In this document: one piece after another, positions 18,756 to 29,123 of the stretch | Position numbering within the stretch: the stretch's first letter is position 1 | Layout of the letters: every line of letters starts with the position of its first letter | Source: Syntrophales bacterium | GTDB lineage: Bacteria; Desulfobacterota; Syntrophia; Syntrophales; UBA2210 | Assembly (NCBI GenBank): GCA_963666365.2 | Contig: CAXXNF010000001.1 | Location: 1,344,001 to 1,408,000, forward strand | DNA: 64,000 nucleotides | Direction of reading: 5' to 3' | The notes under the pieces: model-generated | What the model was told of the DNA's origin: nothing | Databases searched by the model: none | Seen by the model: the letters and a program-made list of their open reading frames with translations, nothing else | Made by a program: the position numbers and the translations under genes

Positions 18756-19868
18756 TCACTTCCTCCGAATAAACTGCCTCATTAATTTCCCCGCCGAGGT
18801 GTCCCGGGCGTGGAGCGCACCCTGAGGGCAGATTTCAATGCAGCAGTAGCAGCGGATGCAGCGGTCGTAAGCGAAAGCAAGGGTGTCGCCCTCGCGGGTG
18901 ATGGCGTCTGCGGGGCAGAAATCTACGCATTCTTCGCAAAGGATGCAGGCGTTTTTGTCGACGACGGGGCGCTGCAGGAGGTATTTACGAATCATATGCT
19001 GCAAAGGTTTGGGACCGTAGATGAGCGATGTCTCGCCGGGAAGCTTGAAGTTTTCCACTTTCGGAAGCACCCCGTCAAGGTCGATGCTTTCCGGAATAAG
19101 CCCAAGCTGTCCCGCTGCTCTGGTGCTGGGGAGGCTGTCTGTCTGCATGCCCAGCATGGTGCAGACGGCCATATCCAGAGCAACGGCGCTTTCACTTGCC
19201 AGGATAACGCCGATGTGGCGAGGTTCGCCGCCTTTTCCGGGACCGTCCCCCTCGAGACCTACAATACCGTCGAGAACGGTTGCGGTAGGAGCTACGGTGT
19301 GATGGATCTGGACGAGAAGACGGGCGAACATGTCGCTGTCCACGCCCGCCTTCATGTGCCACTCCACCTTGCGCAAGCCCACAACGCAGCCGAAGGTGTT
19401 TTTCACGCCCAGGGTCAGAAGCATCTGGCTGTGGCTTTTCAGCTTTGGCAGGTTGATGATCAGTGCCGTTTCCAGCGCCTCCCGGGCGATTTCGATCCTT
19501 CCGAAGGGCGCCCCCACATCCACTTCGACGGAGTCGGTGAATTCCTGCAGTTCCACATCGAGGTCCTTCAGGGTTTCCCTGAATCCGCCCGCGTTCATAA
19601 TGCGGCTGAAGGTTCCCATGGCGGGGCTGTCCGACAGGGTAGGCCGAGCGCCTTTTGAGAGGACGTATTCCGCCGCCGCCCGTGCCACAAGTGGGTGGGT
19701 CAGGATCGCCGTCTTCGGTGCCGACGGTGAAAGGAGATTCGGCTTGAGCAGCACCTTGTCACCGGCGCCGATCCGTTTGCCGCAGATGGATTCAAGCATG
19801 AAAAAGATCGTTTCTTTCAGCGATTCATAGTGGTCGTACGAGGCCTCCCGAATAATAACCTGCGCCAC
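18756..19868 (-). CDS. DUF362 domain protein with C-terminal 2[4Fe-4S] ferredoxin
   Basis: VLLKPNLL, THP, INLPKLKSH, LTLGVKN.FG, DGIVGLEGDGP; CILCEECVDFCP and CIRCYCCIEICP. Confidence 0.88.
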   Translation of the reverse strand: MAQVIIREASYDHYESLKETIFFMLESICGKRIGAGDKVLLKPNLLSPSAPKTAILTHPLVARAAAEYVLSKGARPTLSDSPAMGTFSRIMNAGGFRETLKDLDVELQEFTDSVEVDVGAPFGRIEIAREALETALIINLPKLKSHSQMLLTLGVKNTFGCVVGLRKVEWHMKAGVDSDMFARLLVQIHHTVAPTATVLDGIVGLEGDGPGKGGEPRHIGVILASESAVALDMAVCTMLGMQTDSLPSTRAAGQLGLIPESIDLDGVLPKVENFKLPGETSLIYGPKPLQHMIRKYLLQRPVVDKNACILCEECVDFCPADAITREGDTLAFAYDRCIRCYCCIEICPQGALHARDTSAGKLMRQFIRRK

Positions 19869-20879
19869 TTATATGCCCTTTCTTGCCATGTAATCGGCCA
19901 GGTCGGTGACCCGGCAGGAATAGCCCCACTCATTGTCGTACCAGGTGACCACCTTTGCCATGGTCCCGCCCAGCACCTGGGTAAATTCGATATCTACTAT
20001 CGAGGAATAGGGATTTCCCTTGAAGTCCGATGAGACAAGCATTCCCTCTTCGCAGGCCATGATCCCCTTCAGTCTGCGTTTTGCGCCCCTGCGGAGGGCT
20101 TCCCGCAGTTCTTCGGTGGTGGTTTCCCGTTTCAATTGGGCTACAAAGTCGACAATCGACACGGTAGGTGTGGGGACACGCAGCGAATAGCCGTCAAACA
20201 GGCCCTTCAATTCCGGAATCACCAGCGCCAGCGCCCGGGCCGCCCCCGTGGTGGTGGGGATAATATTTTGTCCCGCCGCCCGCGCCCGGCGCAGGTCGCG
20301 ATGGGGCAGGTCGAGGATGCGCTGGTCGTTGGTGTAGGAGTGCACGGTGGTCATCATGGCCCGTTCAATGCCGAAGGTCTCGTGGACGATGAGCGCCGGC
20401 GGCGCCAGGCAGTTGGTGGTGCAGGAAGCGTTTGACACGATGCGGTGTTTCGTTGGTTTATAGTCCTTATGGTTGACCCCCATTACGACGGTAAGGTCCA
20501 CGTCGGCGGCCGGCGCCGTGATGATCACCTTTTTTGCACCCGCTTCAAGGTGAACCGCCGCTTTGGGACCGGTATTGAAGATTCCCGTGCTTTCAATAAC
20601 GATATCGACCCCCTCGTCGTCCCAGGAGATCGAGGCGGGGTCGCGGTGAGAGAAGTTCTTTACCTCTCGGCCGTCGATGAAAAAATTCCCCTTTTTCAGC
20701 GATATGTCCCCTCGCAGCCGGCCGTAGTTGGTGTCGTATTTGAGAAGATGGGCGTTCGTTTCAGCGTCGAAGAGGTCGTTGATGGCGACAATCTGCATCG
20801 TGTCGGGGTACCGCTCGTGGACGGCCCTGAAGACCTGCCGTCCAATTCTTCCAAAACCGTTGATGCCGAGGCGAATCAT
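19869..20879 (-). CDS. gap: Type I glyceraldehyde-3-phosphate dehydrogenase
   Basis: [10 protein letters not shown], catalytic [33 protein letters not shown] before ATG 20879. Confidence 0.96.
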   Translation of the reverse strand: MIRLGINGFGRIGRQVFRAVHERYPDTMQIVAINDLFDAETNAHLLKYDTNYGRLRGDISLKKGNFFIDGREVKNFSHRDPASISWDDEGVDIVIESTGIFNTGPKAAVHLEAGAKKVIITAPAADVDLTVVMGVNHKDYKPTKHRIVSNASCTTNCLAPPALIVHETFGIERAMMTTVHSYTNDQRILDLPHRDLRRARAAGQNIIPTTTGAARALALVIPELKGLFDGYSLRVPTPTVSIVDFVAQLKRETTTEELREALRRGAKRRLKGIMACEEGMLVSSDFKGNPYSSIVDIEFTQVLGGTMAKVVTWYDNEWGYSCRVTDLADYMARKGI

Positions 20880-20889
20880 GGTGTCCTCC

Positions 20890-21465
20890 TTAATTGTCGT
20901 CAAGACGGTACTTGTGCTCCGTCATGAGGTCGCATTTGATCTTCAGATGTTCGTGGTGCCGGGCGTTGTCCAGGGCGATGGCGCTCAGATTGGCCACGGC
21001 CTCGAGAAACTGCACATCGTGCTCGTCAAACTGACGCACTTCTCCCGCATACACCCGCAGAACCCCGATGGCCTTATCATCGACGATCAGCGGCGCCGCC
21101 AGGACCGATTTAATGCCCTCCGTTCGTGCCTCGCCCCGGTACTGAAAGGCCTCATCGGTCTGGGTGTCCTTTATCCATACTGTTTCTCCTTTGATGATCC
21201 GCCGGTCCAGCTCGCTTTCCGAAAGTTCGATAGGACCCTTATGGAGATAACCTTTGGAAAGACCGTAACTTGCCGCCAGGGTAAGTTTTTCTCCCTTCGA
21301 TTCCAGAAGCCTCAGAATACTTGCCTTGGCGTGCATGGCCTCGGTGACGCATCGAACAATCTCCTGAAGGACCGAGGATGTTTCAAGCGACCGGTTAATC
21401 ACACGCGCCACCTGGTAGAGAGCGTTAAAATACTCCATCAGATCGACAGTTTTTTCTTTTTTCAT
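20890..21465 (-). CDS. Stand-alone GAF domain protein
   Basis: INRSLE...[22 protein letters not shown]...[26 protein letters not shown] before ATG 21465. Confidence 0.88.
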   Translation of the reverse strand: MKKEKTVDLMEYFNALYQVARVINRSLETSSVLQEIVRCVTEAMHAKASILRLLESKGEKLTLAASYGLSKGYLHKGPIELSESELDRRIIKGETVWIKDTQTDEAFQYRGEARTEGIKSVLAAPLIVDDKAIGVLRVYAGEVRQFDEHDVQFLEAVANLSAIALDNARHHEHLKIKCDLMTEHKYRLDDN

Positions 21466-21598
21466 GTTGAGTCCTCCTGTTCTATGCAAGAAGGTTGGTT
21501 TCCTTCTGTCGGCAGGCGAGATGCCGACAACAGCATAGCCTACGATCATACCACAACCGGAAGGTGAGGCAATATGTGAAAAAAAGAGAGAGGGTGTA

Positions 21599-21645
21599 AA
21601 AAGTAAGAACAGTAGGAAAAGTAAGAACGTAGGAAAGGTAAGAAA
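21599..21645 (+). repeat. Short purine-rich tandem repeat (about 17-18 bp unit, 2.7 copies)
   Basis: AAAAGTAAGAACAGTAGG / AAAAGTAAGAACGTAGG / AAAGGTAAGAAA in a divergent intergenic region. Confidence 0.7.
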
Positions 21646-21743
21646 AATAACATCAGATTTAAGGCCATATTATTTTTCGGGGCGGTTGCGATCTTTGCCT
21701 AATTCTGTCATTGTGTGAAATATTCTTTTCGAGGAGGGGTGCA

Positions 21744-22334
21744 ATGAGTGACAGCCTGAGGCGGCAGTTGGATTTTACCGTGGAGATCGACAAGCTGAAG
21801 GGGATTGTGCGTCAGACTCTGCTCACCGACGGGTCTCGTAACGAAAACTCGGCGGAACATTCCTGGCACCTTGCAGTGATGGCGCTTGTTCTTTCCGGCT
21901 ATGCCCGGGAGAAAGATCTCGATTTGCTCCGGGTGATGACAATGGTGCTGATCCACGATATTGTGGAAATCGATGCCGGCGACACCTACTGCTATGATGA
22001 GGAAGCCAGGGAAGGGCAGAACGAGCGAGAGGAAAAAGCCGCGGCCCGTCTCTTCGGATTGCTTCCGCCGGAACAGGGTGAGGAGTTTCTGCATATATGG
22101 CGTGAGTTCGATGCACGCCAGACGCCGGAGGCACGGTTTGCCGCTGCGCTGGACCGTTTGCAGCCCATCATGCACAATTACCTTACCGGCGGGGCCATGT
22201 GGCGGCATCACGGCATAACAAAGGACCAGGTGGTGGAACGGAACAGGCCCATGGAGGAAGGCGCCCCTGAACTCTGGCGCTACGCCTCGGCGCTTATCGA
22301 CGATGCCGTGGAAAAGGGAATGCTGGCGCCTTAG
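21744..22334 (+). CDS. HD domain phosphohydrolase (YfbR/HD_3-like)
   Basis: ENSAEHSWH, HDIVEIDAGD, LDRLQP. SD GAGGAGG before ATG 21744. Confidence 0.88.
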   Translation: MSDSLRRQLDFTVEIDKLKGIVRQTLLTDGSRNENSAEHSWHLAVMALVLSGYAREKDLDLLRVMTMVLIHDIVEIDAGDTYCYDEEAREGQNEREEKAAARLFGLLPPEQGEEFLHIWREFDARQTPEARFAAALDRLQPIMHNYLTGGAMWRHHGITKDQVVERNRPMEEGAPELWRYASALIDDAVEKGMLAP

Positions 22335-22339
22335 AACGG

Positions 22340-23209
22340 TCAAGACATTTTCTGCGCGACTGCTTCGATGAGGATGATCCGCTTTTCGGCGAGGTTGCCC
22401 ATGACGTTGCGGGACATGGTGCGAATGTCCGATCCCATAATCAGGTGAAGCCCCAATGCCGGTTCCCCTTTTGCTTCCCGCTTGTTTGCTTTCAGATTTT
22501 CAAACCATGCCATGCCCAGGTCGGAAGTAGTGCGCCAATGGCTGACGGTAAATCCGGTCCCTTCAAGCATGTGCTTCAATTCATCGGGCGACAGAAGAAA
22601 ATTCATCGACGCATCCTTTGCCCAGGGCAGGGGAAAACGGGGGGGCGATTCCGGGCCTGCGGCTACATCGTACAGCGCGAGACGGCCTTCCGGTTTCAGT
22701 ACACGATACATCTCGGCGTAAAGAGTTTTTTTATCGGCAATATTCATTGCCGTATGTTGTGTCCAGACAATGTCAAAAGAGGCGTCAGAAAAAGGCAGGG
22801 CGAGTGCGTCTCCCTGCGTGAACGTCAGTGTTTCATCCAACCCCACCCTTTGGGCCAGCATGCGTGCCAGTTTGCAGTAGTCCTCCGTCAAGTCGATGCC
22901 GATCACAGGGCATCCGTAGTCCCGGGCGAGACAGCGGGAAGGCCCCCCGATACCGCTTCCCACATCCAGAACCCGCTGGTTCGGCGACGGGTTGAGTATC
23001 GCAGCCAGATCGCGTGTGGCCGCCCTTCCCCGGATGTGAAATTCATCAAGGGGGGCAATGTCTTCCGGTGAGAGCGGCCCTTTCTCTTTTTCCAGTGCCT
23101 CAAGGGCGGCGAGAACGCGTTCTTTGAGACCGGGACTGGAATAGTGTCTGGCAAGATTTTCGTTCGAAACTATTAAATTCTGCACTGGCAGGGTGTCCTC
23201 TTCGATCAT
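22340..23209 (-). CDS. Class I SAM-dependent methyltransferase
   Basis: DEFHIRG, VLDVGSGIGG, GDALALPFSDASFD, RVLKPEG. Confidence 0.88.
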   Translation of the reverse strand: MIEEDTLPVQNLIVSNENLARHYSSPGLKERVLAALEALEKEKGPLSPEDIAPLDEFHIRGRAATRDLAAILNPSPNQRVLDVGSGIGGPSRCLARDYGCPVIGIDLTEDYCKLARMLAQRVGLDETLTFTQGDALALPFSDASFDIVWTQHTAMNIADKKTLYAEMYRVLKPEGRLALYDVAAGPESPPRFPLPWAKDASMNFLLSPDELKHMLEGTGFTVSHWRTTSDLGMAWFENLKANKREAKGEPALGLHLIMGSDIRTMSRNVMGNLAEKRIILIEAVAQKMS

Positions 23210-23395
23210 GCGGCTGTGAAGAAATATATGAAAGTGAAATTATTTCAAAAAATTAAGCCGTATCAAGCGTAATGGCTTGTCAAGGCGACGAATTGTACTC
23301 GAAGGCACGGCGTTTTTCAAGCTCTCTGAGATATCTTATTCGGCCAACATTTCATGCTGAACGATCTTTTTAATTTCTTATGATACCGTCATTAT

Positions 23396-23424
23396 TTGAC
23401 AAGATTCACAAGATGGCCTATGAA
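23396..23424 (+). promoter_or_regulatory. Putative sigma70 promoter for the dehydratase/reductase-like operon
   Basis: TTGACA (23396-23401), 17 nt spacer, TATGAA (23419-23424). Confidence 0.4.
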
Positions 23425-23485
23425 GAGATGTCAAAAGGCGGATACAGCCTTTCCTGAATGAAAAAAAGACGAGGGAGACCGAGGA

Positions 23486-24628
23486 ATGACACCCGCAAGT
23501 GAACGAATCGATAACCTCTATGCCCGCAGAGATGTTCGGGCCAGGGAGCTGCGAAAATCGGGAGAGAAGATTGTCGGGTACTTTTGCTGCTTTGTGCCCG
23601 AAGAGATTATTGATGCTCTCGGCATGGTTCCTTACCGTATTCAGGGAAGCCAGCGCGATTCAATAGATCAGGCCGACGCCTTTATAGAACCGATGGCCTG
23701 CCCCTTTGCCAGAAGCTGTTTCAATAAGGCGCTCAAGGGCGAATACAGCTTTCTCGAGGGTTTCGTGGCCCCCCACAGTTGCGATACGATTGAGCGCATG
23801 TATCACATCTGGCGCCATAATACGCCTTCTTCGTTCAATCACCTCATAAATGTACCTCATATGATGGGGCCAAGCTCGACGGCATTTTACCGGAACGAAC
23901 TGGCCTATTTTATAAAATGTCTTGAAGAATGGTCGGGCCGGACACTCGATCCCGAAAGGCTGAAGGAGGCGGTCAAACTGTATAACAGGCGACGCGCGGT
24001 CCTTCGAACACTGTATGAATTGCGAAAATACGATCCGCCCCTGATATCGGGCACGGAAATCACCAAAGTGCTCGTGGCGGGCATGGGTATTCCGGCAGCG
24101 GAGCATATCGAACTGGTGGAAGCATTCATCGATGAAGTGAAAAACCGTCCCGCACTTGCAACGGACGGTATTCCCCGCATCTTCATCTGGGGGAACGAAA
24201 TCGACGATACGGCCTTCATCACACTCGTAGAGGAAAGCGGCGCCCATGTGGTTATGGACGATCTTTGTACCGGAAGCCGCTTTTTCTGGGACGATGTGCC
24301 GGAAACAGCCGATCCCTTGGACGGGATTGCCGAGCGGTATCTCGCGGTCCATTGTCCCCGCAGCTACACCCCCCAGGCGGGAGCCCGGAAGGCGGACCTG
24401 AACAACCGCTACGGCTTCATAGGCCGGTTTATTGAAGAATGGAACGCAGACGGCGCCATTTTCTATATCGTCCGCTACTGCGATACCTGCGAGCTTGAAG
24501 GACCTGACCTTCGCGAGTACCTGAACGACAGAGGGGTCCCGTCACTCATGATCGAAGATGATTATTCCATATCGACCATCGGCCAGTTGCGTACCCGGGT
24601 CCAGGCGTTCCTGGAAATGATTGTGTGA
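23486..24628 (+). CDS. 2-hydroxyacyl-CoA dehydratase / benzoyl-CoA reductase family subunit (HgdB/BzdN/BcrC-like)
   Basis: VGYFCCFVPEEII, CPFARS, SCDT, DDLCTGSR, RYCD, GQLRTRVQAFLEM. Confidence 0.88.
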   Translation: MTPASERIDNLYARRDVRARELRKSGEKIVGYFCCFVPEEIIDALGMVPYRIQGSQRDSIDQADAFIEPMACPFARSCFNKALKGEYSFLEGFVAPHSCDTIERMYHIWRHNTPSSFNHLINVPHMMGPSSTAFYRNELAYFIKCLEEWSGRTLDPERLKEAVKLYNRRRAVLRTLYELRKYDPPLISGTEITKVLVAGMGIPAAEHIELVEAFIDEVKNRPALATDGIPRIFIWGNEIDDTAFITLVEESGAHVVMDDLCTGSRFFWDDVPETADPLDGIAERYLAVHCPRSYTPQAGARKADLNNRYGFIGRFIEEWNADGAIFYIVRYCDTCELEGPDLREYLNDRGVPSLMIEDDYSISTIGQLRTRVQAFLEMIV

Positions 24629-24642
24629 GAGGGGGAACAAGC

Positions 24643-25947
24643 ATGCAGGAAAATGAACAGAAAAAAACGACGGCAGTAAAAGGCACTGAAACGGCCCGCA
24701 AGATCCGGGGGCTCGTAAAAAATATTTATAAAAGTGCCCACGAGGCAAAAGCCGAGGGGAAGAAGGTGGCCTATTTCATGGTCTCCTCCCACTATGATGA
24801 AATCGTGCGCGCCATGGACATCGTTCCCCTTCCCACGGAAAACTATGCGGGGCTCTGCGCCGCCAAGCGGGATATGGACCGCTTTCTCCTGCAGGCGGAA
24901 GCTGACGGCTATTCGCAGGTGCTCTGCAGCTATGCCCGCATCGGTCTGGGATTCGACAGCATGCGCAAGGAATTGGGCGGCATCCCTGAAAACGCCCCTG
25001 ACGGCGGCATGCCTCTTCCCGACATGATGCTGGGAAGCAGCGCCGTCTGTGATCCGCGCTTCAAATGGTACCAGGCGGCGGGACGCTATTTCGATGTGCC
25101 CACCTACGGGATGGACGTGGTGGCGCCCCCGGTCTATTCGGATTTGAGGGCAGTCCGCGATTACTACATCAGATACCAGAAGGAGCAGATGCGGGGGCTC
25201 ATCGAATTCCTGGAGAGGCAGACGGGGAAAAAGATGGACAAGGAGCGCCTCTGGGAAACAATTCGACTCGGTGACGAAGCCTGGCGGCTCTGGTATGAGA
25301 TCGACCGGCTGCGTGTGGCCGTTCCCTGCCCGATGCCGGCCCAGGACCACTTCAGTATCATGGTGGCAGGACACTACTACTCGGGCACACAGACGGCGGT
25401 GGACTTCTACCAGGAGCTCTACGACGAAGTGAAGCACAAAGTGGAACAGGGAGTCGGCGTCATTCCAGAAGAAAAATACCGGGTATTGTACGGCGGCGGG
25501 CTCCCCCCCTGGCACACGCTCTGGATATTCAATTATTTTGAAAGTTTCGGCGCCGTATTCGTGATAGAAAATGTTTACCGGGGCTTCGATCCCGTGGAAG
25601 TGCCCAACCACGTGAAAGATCCAATCGACTATCTGGCCTGGAGAACCTTTCTCCGCTACACGCAGCGTCACGAGAAGGCCAGGGCCAATAGCGGCAATCC
25701 CGTGGTGGAAAAGCTTCTGGAGATCATTGACGATTATAAGATCGACGGAGTGGTGTTTCACGCCTGCCGTTCCTGCAGGGCCACGACGGTAGGGCAAGTG
25801 CATATGAAAAATGTTTTAGGAACCTATTCCGATATTCCCATGATGCAGCTCGTCTCCGACATGGTGGATCTCCGGGACTATTCCGAGGCGCAGTGGAAGG
25901 CGCAGATAGGTGCCTTTATTGACGCCCTCGCTTCACGTGCGGATTAA
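24643..25947 (+). CDS. 2-hydroxyacyl-CoA dehydratase / benzoyl-CoA reductase family subunit (HgdA/BzdO/BcrB-like)
   Basis: PTENYAGLC, LCSYAR, PLPD, VCD.RFKW, EKYR, HACRSCR, DMVD.R. Confidence 0.88.
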   Translation: MQENEQKKTTAVKGTETARKIRGLVKNIYKSAHEAKAEGKKVAYFMVSSHYDEIVRAMDIVPLPTENYAGLCAAKRDMDRFLLQAEADGYSQVLCSYARIGLGFDSMRKELGGIPENAPDGGMPLPDMMLGSSAVCDPRFKWYQAAGRYFDVPTYGMDVVAPPVYSDLRAVRDYYIRYQKEQMRGLIEFLERQTGKKMDKERLWETIRLGDEAWRLWYEIDRLRVAVPCPMPAQDHFSIMVAGHYYSGTQTAVDFYQELYDEVKHKVEQGVGVIPEEKYRVLYGGGLPPWHTLWIFNYFESFGAVFVIENVYRGFDPVEVPNHVKDPIDYLAWRTFLRYTQRHEKARANSGNPVVEKLLEIIDDYKIDGVVFHACRSCRATTVGQVHMKNVLGTYSDIPMMQLVSDMVDLRDYSEAQWKAQIGAFIDALASRAD

Positions 25948-25967
25948 AGCAGAGGACAGGATTCGCG

Positions 25968-26798
25968 ATGATTTTTGCAGGTATCGATATAGGATCCACC
26001 ATGACCAAGGTGGTGATTGTCGACGGGGAAGAGGCACTTCTGGCTTCGGTGGTCGGTCCCACCGGACCGGAGCATCGCCATTTGGCGCACCAGGTAATGC
26101 GCCAGGCCATGGGCGAGGCCAGCCATACCATAGAAGAGCTCGATTTCATCGTTGCCACAGGCTACGGCCGGATCAACGTCCCTTTTGCGGACAAGCAGAT
26201 TACGGAGATCACCTGCCATGCCCGGGGCATCCGTGCCCTGTTCCCGGAAGCGCGCATCGTCATTGACATCGGCGGTCAGGATTCAAAAGGAATTAAACTA
26301 AATGGGACCGGGAAGGTGGCAAATTTCGTCATGAACGACAAATGCGCCGCCGGCACGGGCCGTTTTCTGGAAGTGATCGCCGAAACGCTGGGCATCAGGC
26401 TGGAAGAGATGGGGCCCTTGTCCTGTGAAACTGACCGCTATGTCAAGATATCAAATACCTGCACAGTGTTTGCCGAACATGAGGTCACGTCGCATCTGGC
26501 GCAGGGGGCCTCTGTGCCGGAAATCGTCGCCGGGCTTCATGAGGCGATTGCCGGCCGGGTGGTCAACATGGTGCGCCATCTGGGTATTGAAAGGGATGTG
26601 GTGGTGACCGGCGGCGGAGCGAAAGACCGGGGTCTGGTGAAGGCCATCGAGGAAAAGGTCGGTTTTCCCGTCCTCATTCCGGACGATCCCTTTTTGACGG
26701 GCGCACTCGGTGCGGCGCTGATGGGAAGAGATTTGATCGCCAGAGGCATTACGCCTGACCATGCAAGAAAACTGGAGAGGGTGACGTTCTTCGGATGA
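25968..26798 (+). CDS. ASKHA-type acyl-CoA dehydratase/reductase activase (HgdC/BzdQ-like)
   Basis: GIDIGSTMTK, ATGYGR, EITCHARG, DIGGQDSK, MNDKCAAGTGRFLE, CTVFAE, TGGGA. Confidence 0.92.
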   Translation: MIFAGIDIGSTMTKVVIVDGEEALLASVVGPTGPEHRHLAHQVMRQAMGEASHTIEELDFIVATGYGRINVPFADKQITEITCHARGIRALFPEARIVIDIGGQDSKGIKLNGTGKVANFVMNDKCAAGTGRFLEVIAETLGIRLEEMGPLSCETDRYVKISNTCTVFAEHEVTSHLAQGASVPEIVAGLHEAIAGRVVNMVRHLGIERDVVVTGGGAKDRGLVKAIEEKVGFPVLIPDDPFLTGALGAALMGRDLIARGITPDHARKLERVTFFG

Positions 26799-27592
26799 AC
26801 AATGGTGTAAAATACTATGCGGGTCTGGATATCGGATCCGTATCGACCAAGGCCGTCCTGATCGCCGATGGCTGTGTAAAGGCGGCCGAACTCATGCCTT
26901 CCGGTGGAAATTATCGGGATTCGGCGCAAAAGGTCATAGAAAGTGTCCTTTCCAAGAGTGGAATCGACGGGATAGCACACCTGTCAGGTATCGGTAAAAC
27001 GGGCCTGGGCGCCGAAGGCTCGACAATTGATGGGAAGGTCTTTTCCGATATTTCCTGCCAGGCCATGGGCTGCTATTTGATGTTTCCAGGGGCAAAGACA
27101 GTGATCGACATCGGCGGTCAGTTTACCAAGGCGGCGAGGATCACTCCCCGGGGCGCCGTTTCGGACTTTCTTTTGAGTGAGAAATGCGCCACCGGTTCGG
27201 GCCGCTTCCTGCAAATAATCTCCCGTATTCTCCACATTCCCCTTGATGACGTCGGACCGTTGTCGCTGACCGCGGAGTCTCCTGTTGAGTTTTCCACCAA
27301 CTGTGCGGTCTTTGCCGAATCGGAAACGATCTCAAGAATCGCCGAAGGGGCCAAGGCCGCGGACATCCTGGCCGGCGTACATCGATCCATGGCCTCGAAA
27401 GTGGCGATGCTGGTACGACGCTTGAAAATGGAACCCGACGTTGTGCTTACCGGGGGCGGCGGAGAAGACGAAGGCTTGGTGCAGGCAATAGGTGAAACGC
27501 TGGGTCTTCCTATCCGCGTACCGGAGCACCCCCGCTTCACCGCAGCCTACGGCGCCGCCTGTCTGGCGGAGAAACACGGTGTGGTAGTGTAA
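26795..27592 (+). CDS. Second, more divergent ASKHA-type activase subunit (BzdP-like)
   Basis: GLDIGSVSTK, DISCQA.G, DIGGQFTK, SEKCATGSGRFLQ, CAVFAESE. ATGA overlap with the previous gene. Confidence 0.9.
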   Translation: MNNGVKYYAGLDIGSVSTKAVLIADGCVKAAELMPSGGNYRDSAQKVIESVLSKSGIDGIAHLSGIGKTGLGAEGSTIDGKVFSDISCQAMGCYLMFPGAKTVIDIGGQFTKAARITPRGAVSDFLLSEKCATGSGRFLQIISRILHIPLDDVGPLSLTAESPVEFSTNCAVFAESETISRIAEGAKAADILAGVHRSMASKVAMLVRRLKMEPDVVLTGGGGEDEGLVQAIGETLGLPIRVPEHPRFTAAYGAACLAEKHGVVV

Positions 27593-27595
27593 CGA

Positions 27596-29002
27596 TTACA
27601 TCGCCGGCCAACGGTCGTTCCAGGGCCGCACTCTTTCATAGGCCCGCGAGGCCTGGAGCACCAGGTCGTCCCGAAGGCGGGGACCCACGATCTGAAGACC
27701 CGTCGGCATGCCGCTTTCGGTAAAGCCCGCCGGTACGGACGCGGCGGGATGGCCCGACAGATTGAAGGGATAGGTGAAGGCGACTACATCCAATATGTGA
27801 ATCGGCCGGCCGTCGATTTCCGAAGGTGGCGGCCCCCCGGCGGCGAACGCCTCCGTGGGCATTGTCGGCGTCAGAAGCAGATCGAATCTATCGAAAAGAT
27901 TCCACAGCACCTGGTTTTGTTCCGTCCTTATTTTTTGCGCCTCCACCAGGTCCGCCAGCGTCAATTTTCTGGTTTCTTCGAGCGAATATACCAGGGCCCT
28001 TCCCATTTCGGGTCCGTATTTGTCTATGTTTTCGCTCAATGTTCCGTAAATATTGAGGCTGAACAGTTTTGACCAGGCATTTACCACGTTGGGAATTGCC
28101 TCTTCAAGCAGGACCACGGTGTGACCCATCTCTTTAAAAGCGTCTGCCGCCTTCTCCACAGAGGCCATTACATCGTGCTGTACTGTGGCATATCCGAGGG
28201 TTGGGCTGAAGGCGATGGTAAGCCCTTTGGGCAGATTGTCCAGAGTGTCAAGATAGGAGTACTCGGGACGGGGAAGCGAGTCCGGCGCCGCAGGGTGGTA
28301 TCCCGCCACGCAGTCGAGAAGCATCGCCGCATCCTCCACGGTTCGTGTAAGAGGACCCAGGACGGCGATAGGACTCATGTAAAGCATCGGTACAGGGCCC
28401 AGAGGAATTCTGCCTGCCGATGTCTTCAGTCCGTAGCACCCCGTATAGGAAGCGGGGATGCGCACGGAGCCTCCCCCATCGGAGCCGGTGGCAAGAGGCA
28501 CCATGCCGGCCACAACCGCCGCGGCCGATCCGCCGCTTGATCCGCCGGGGGTCTTTTCGAGGTTCCAGGGATTGCGCGTCACTCCAAAAAGGCGGTTTTT
28601 GGTAAAACCGGTTGAACCGAACTCGGGCGTGTTTGTTTTTCCCACCACGATGGCCCCGGCCTCGCGCAGGCGCGCCACCTGCACCGAATCTTCGGTCGCG
28701 ATATTATTCTTAAAGGGAACGGAGCCGAAGCTGGTCACCATTCCCTTTACATCTTCCAGGTCTTTCACTCCCAGGGGAATGCCCGCCAGAGGACCCGGCG
28801 CCCCCTTGCGGGCAATCAAATCGGTAAGGGCCTTCGCTTCATCCATGGCACGATCGGCGTCGAGCGCTACGAAGGCGTTCAGCTTTGGGTTTACCTGCTC
28901 AATCCGTTGCAGCGTATGTTCCATTACTTCCAGGGGGCTTATTTCTTTGGACGCGATGAGCGTGGCCAGTTCCCTTGCGGACCGGTACTGAAATGACTGC
29001 AT
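27596..29002 (-). CDS. Amidase (amidase signature family)
   Basis: GVKDL (catalytic Lys), [33 protein letters not shown] (Ser-cisSer-Lys triad). Confidence 0.93.
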   Translation of the reverse strand: MQSFQYRSARELATLIASKEISPLEVMEHTLQRIEQVNPKLNAFVALDADRAMDEAKALTDLIARKGAPGPLAGIPLGVKDLEDVKGMVTSFGSVPFKNNIATEDSVQVARLREAGAIVVGKTNTPEFGSTGFTKNRLFGVTRNPWNLEKTPGGSSGGSAAAVVAGMVPLATGSDGGGSVRIPASYTGCYGLKTSAGRIPLGPVPMLYMSPIAVLGPLTRTVEDAAMLLDCVAGYHPAAPDSLPRPEYSYLDTLDNLPKGLTIAFSPTLGYATVQHDVMASVEKAADAFKEMGHTVVLLEEAIPNVVNAWSKLFSLNIYGTLSENIDKYGPEMGRALVYSLEETRKLTLADLVEAQKIRTEQNQVLWNLFDRFDLLLTPTMPTEAFAAGGPPPSEIDGRPIHILDVVAFTYPFNLSGHPAASVPAGFTESGMPTGLQIVGPRLRDDLVLQASRAYERVRPWNDRWPAM

Positions 29003-29123
29003 GGCGGGATTCCTCCTTTAGTGTAGGCAGGGTATGCCTTTGAAGAAGCAGGGTAATAAAAAATAATCCGTTGGTCAAGTGAATAGGATAGGATGGAAGG
29101 AGATATTGGCAGAAGAGAATGCG

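Noticed and set aside
21599..21645. Possible mini CRISPR array
   Set aside because: Units are 17-18 bp, adjacent, with no unique spacers, and there are no cas genes.
24562..25803. 413-aa minus-strand ORF
   Set aside because: Antisense shadow of the well-supported dehydratase/reductase subunit; no recognisable motifs.
27596..29002. Amidase as gatA
   Set aside because: No gatB/gatC adjacent and GatA-specific motifs such as DEFAMGS are absent (TPEFGST instead).
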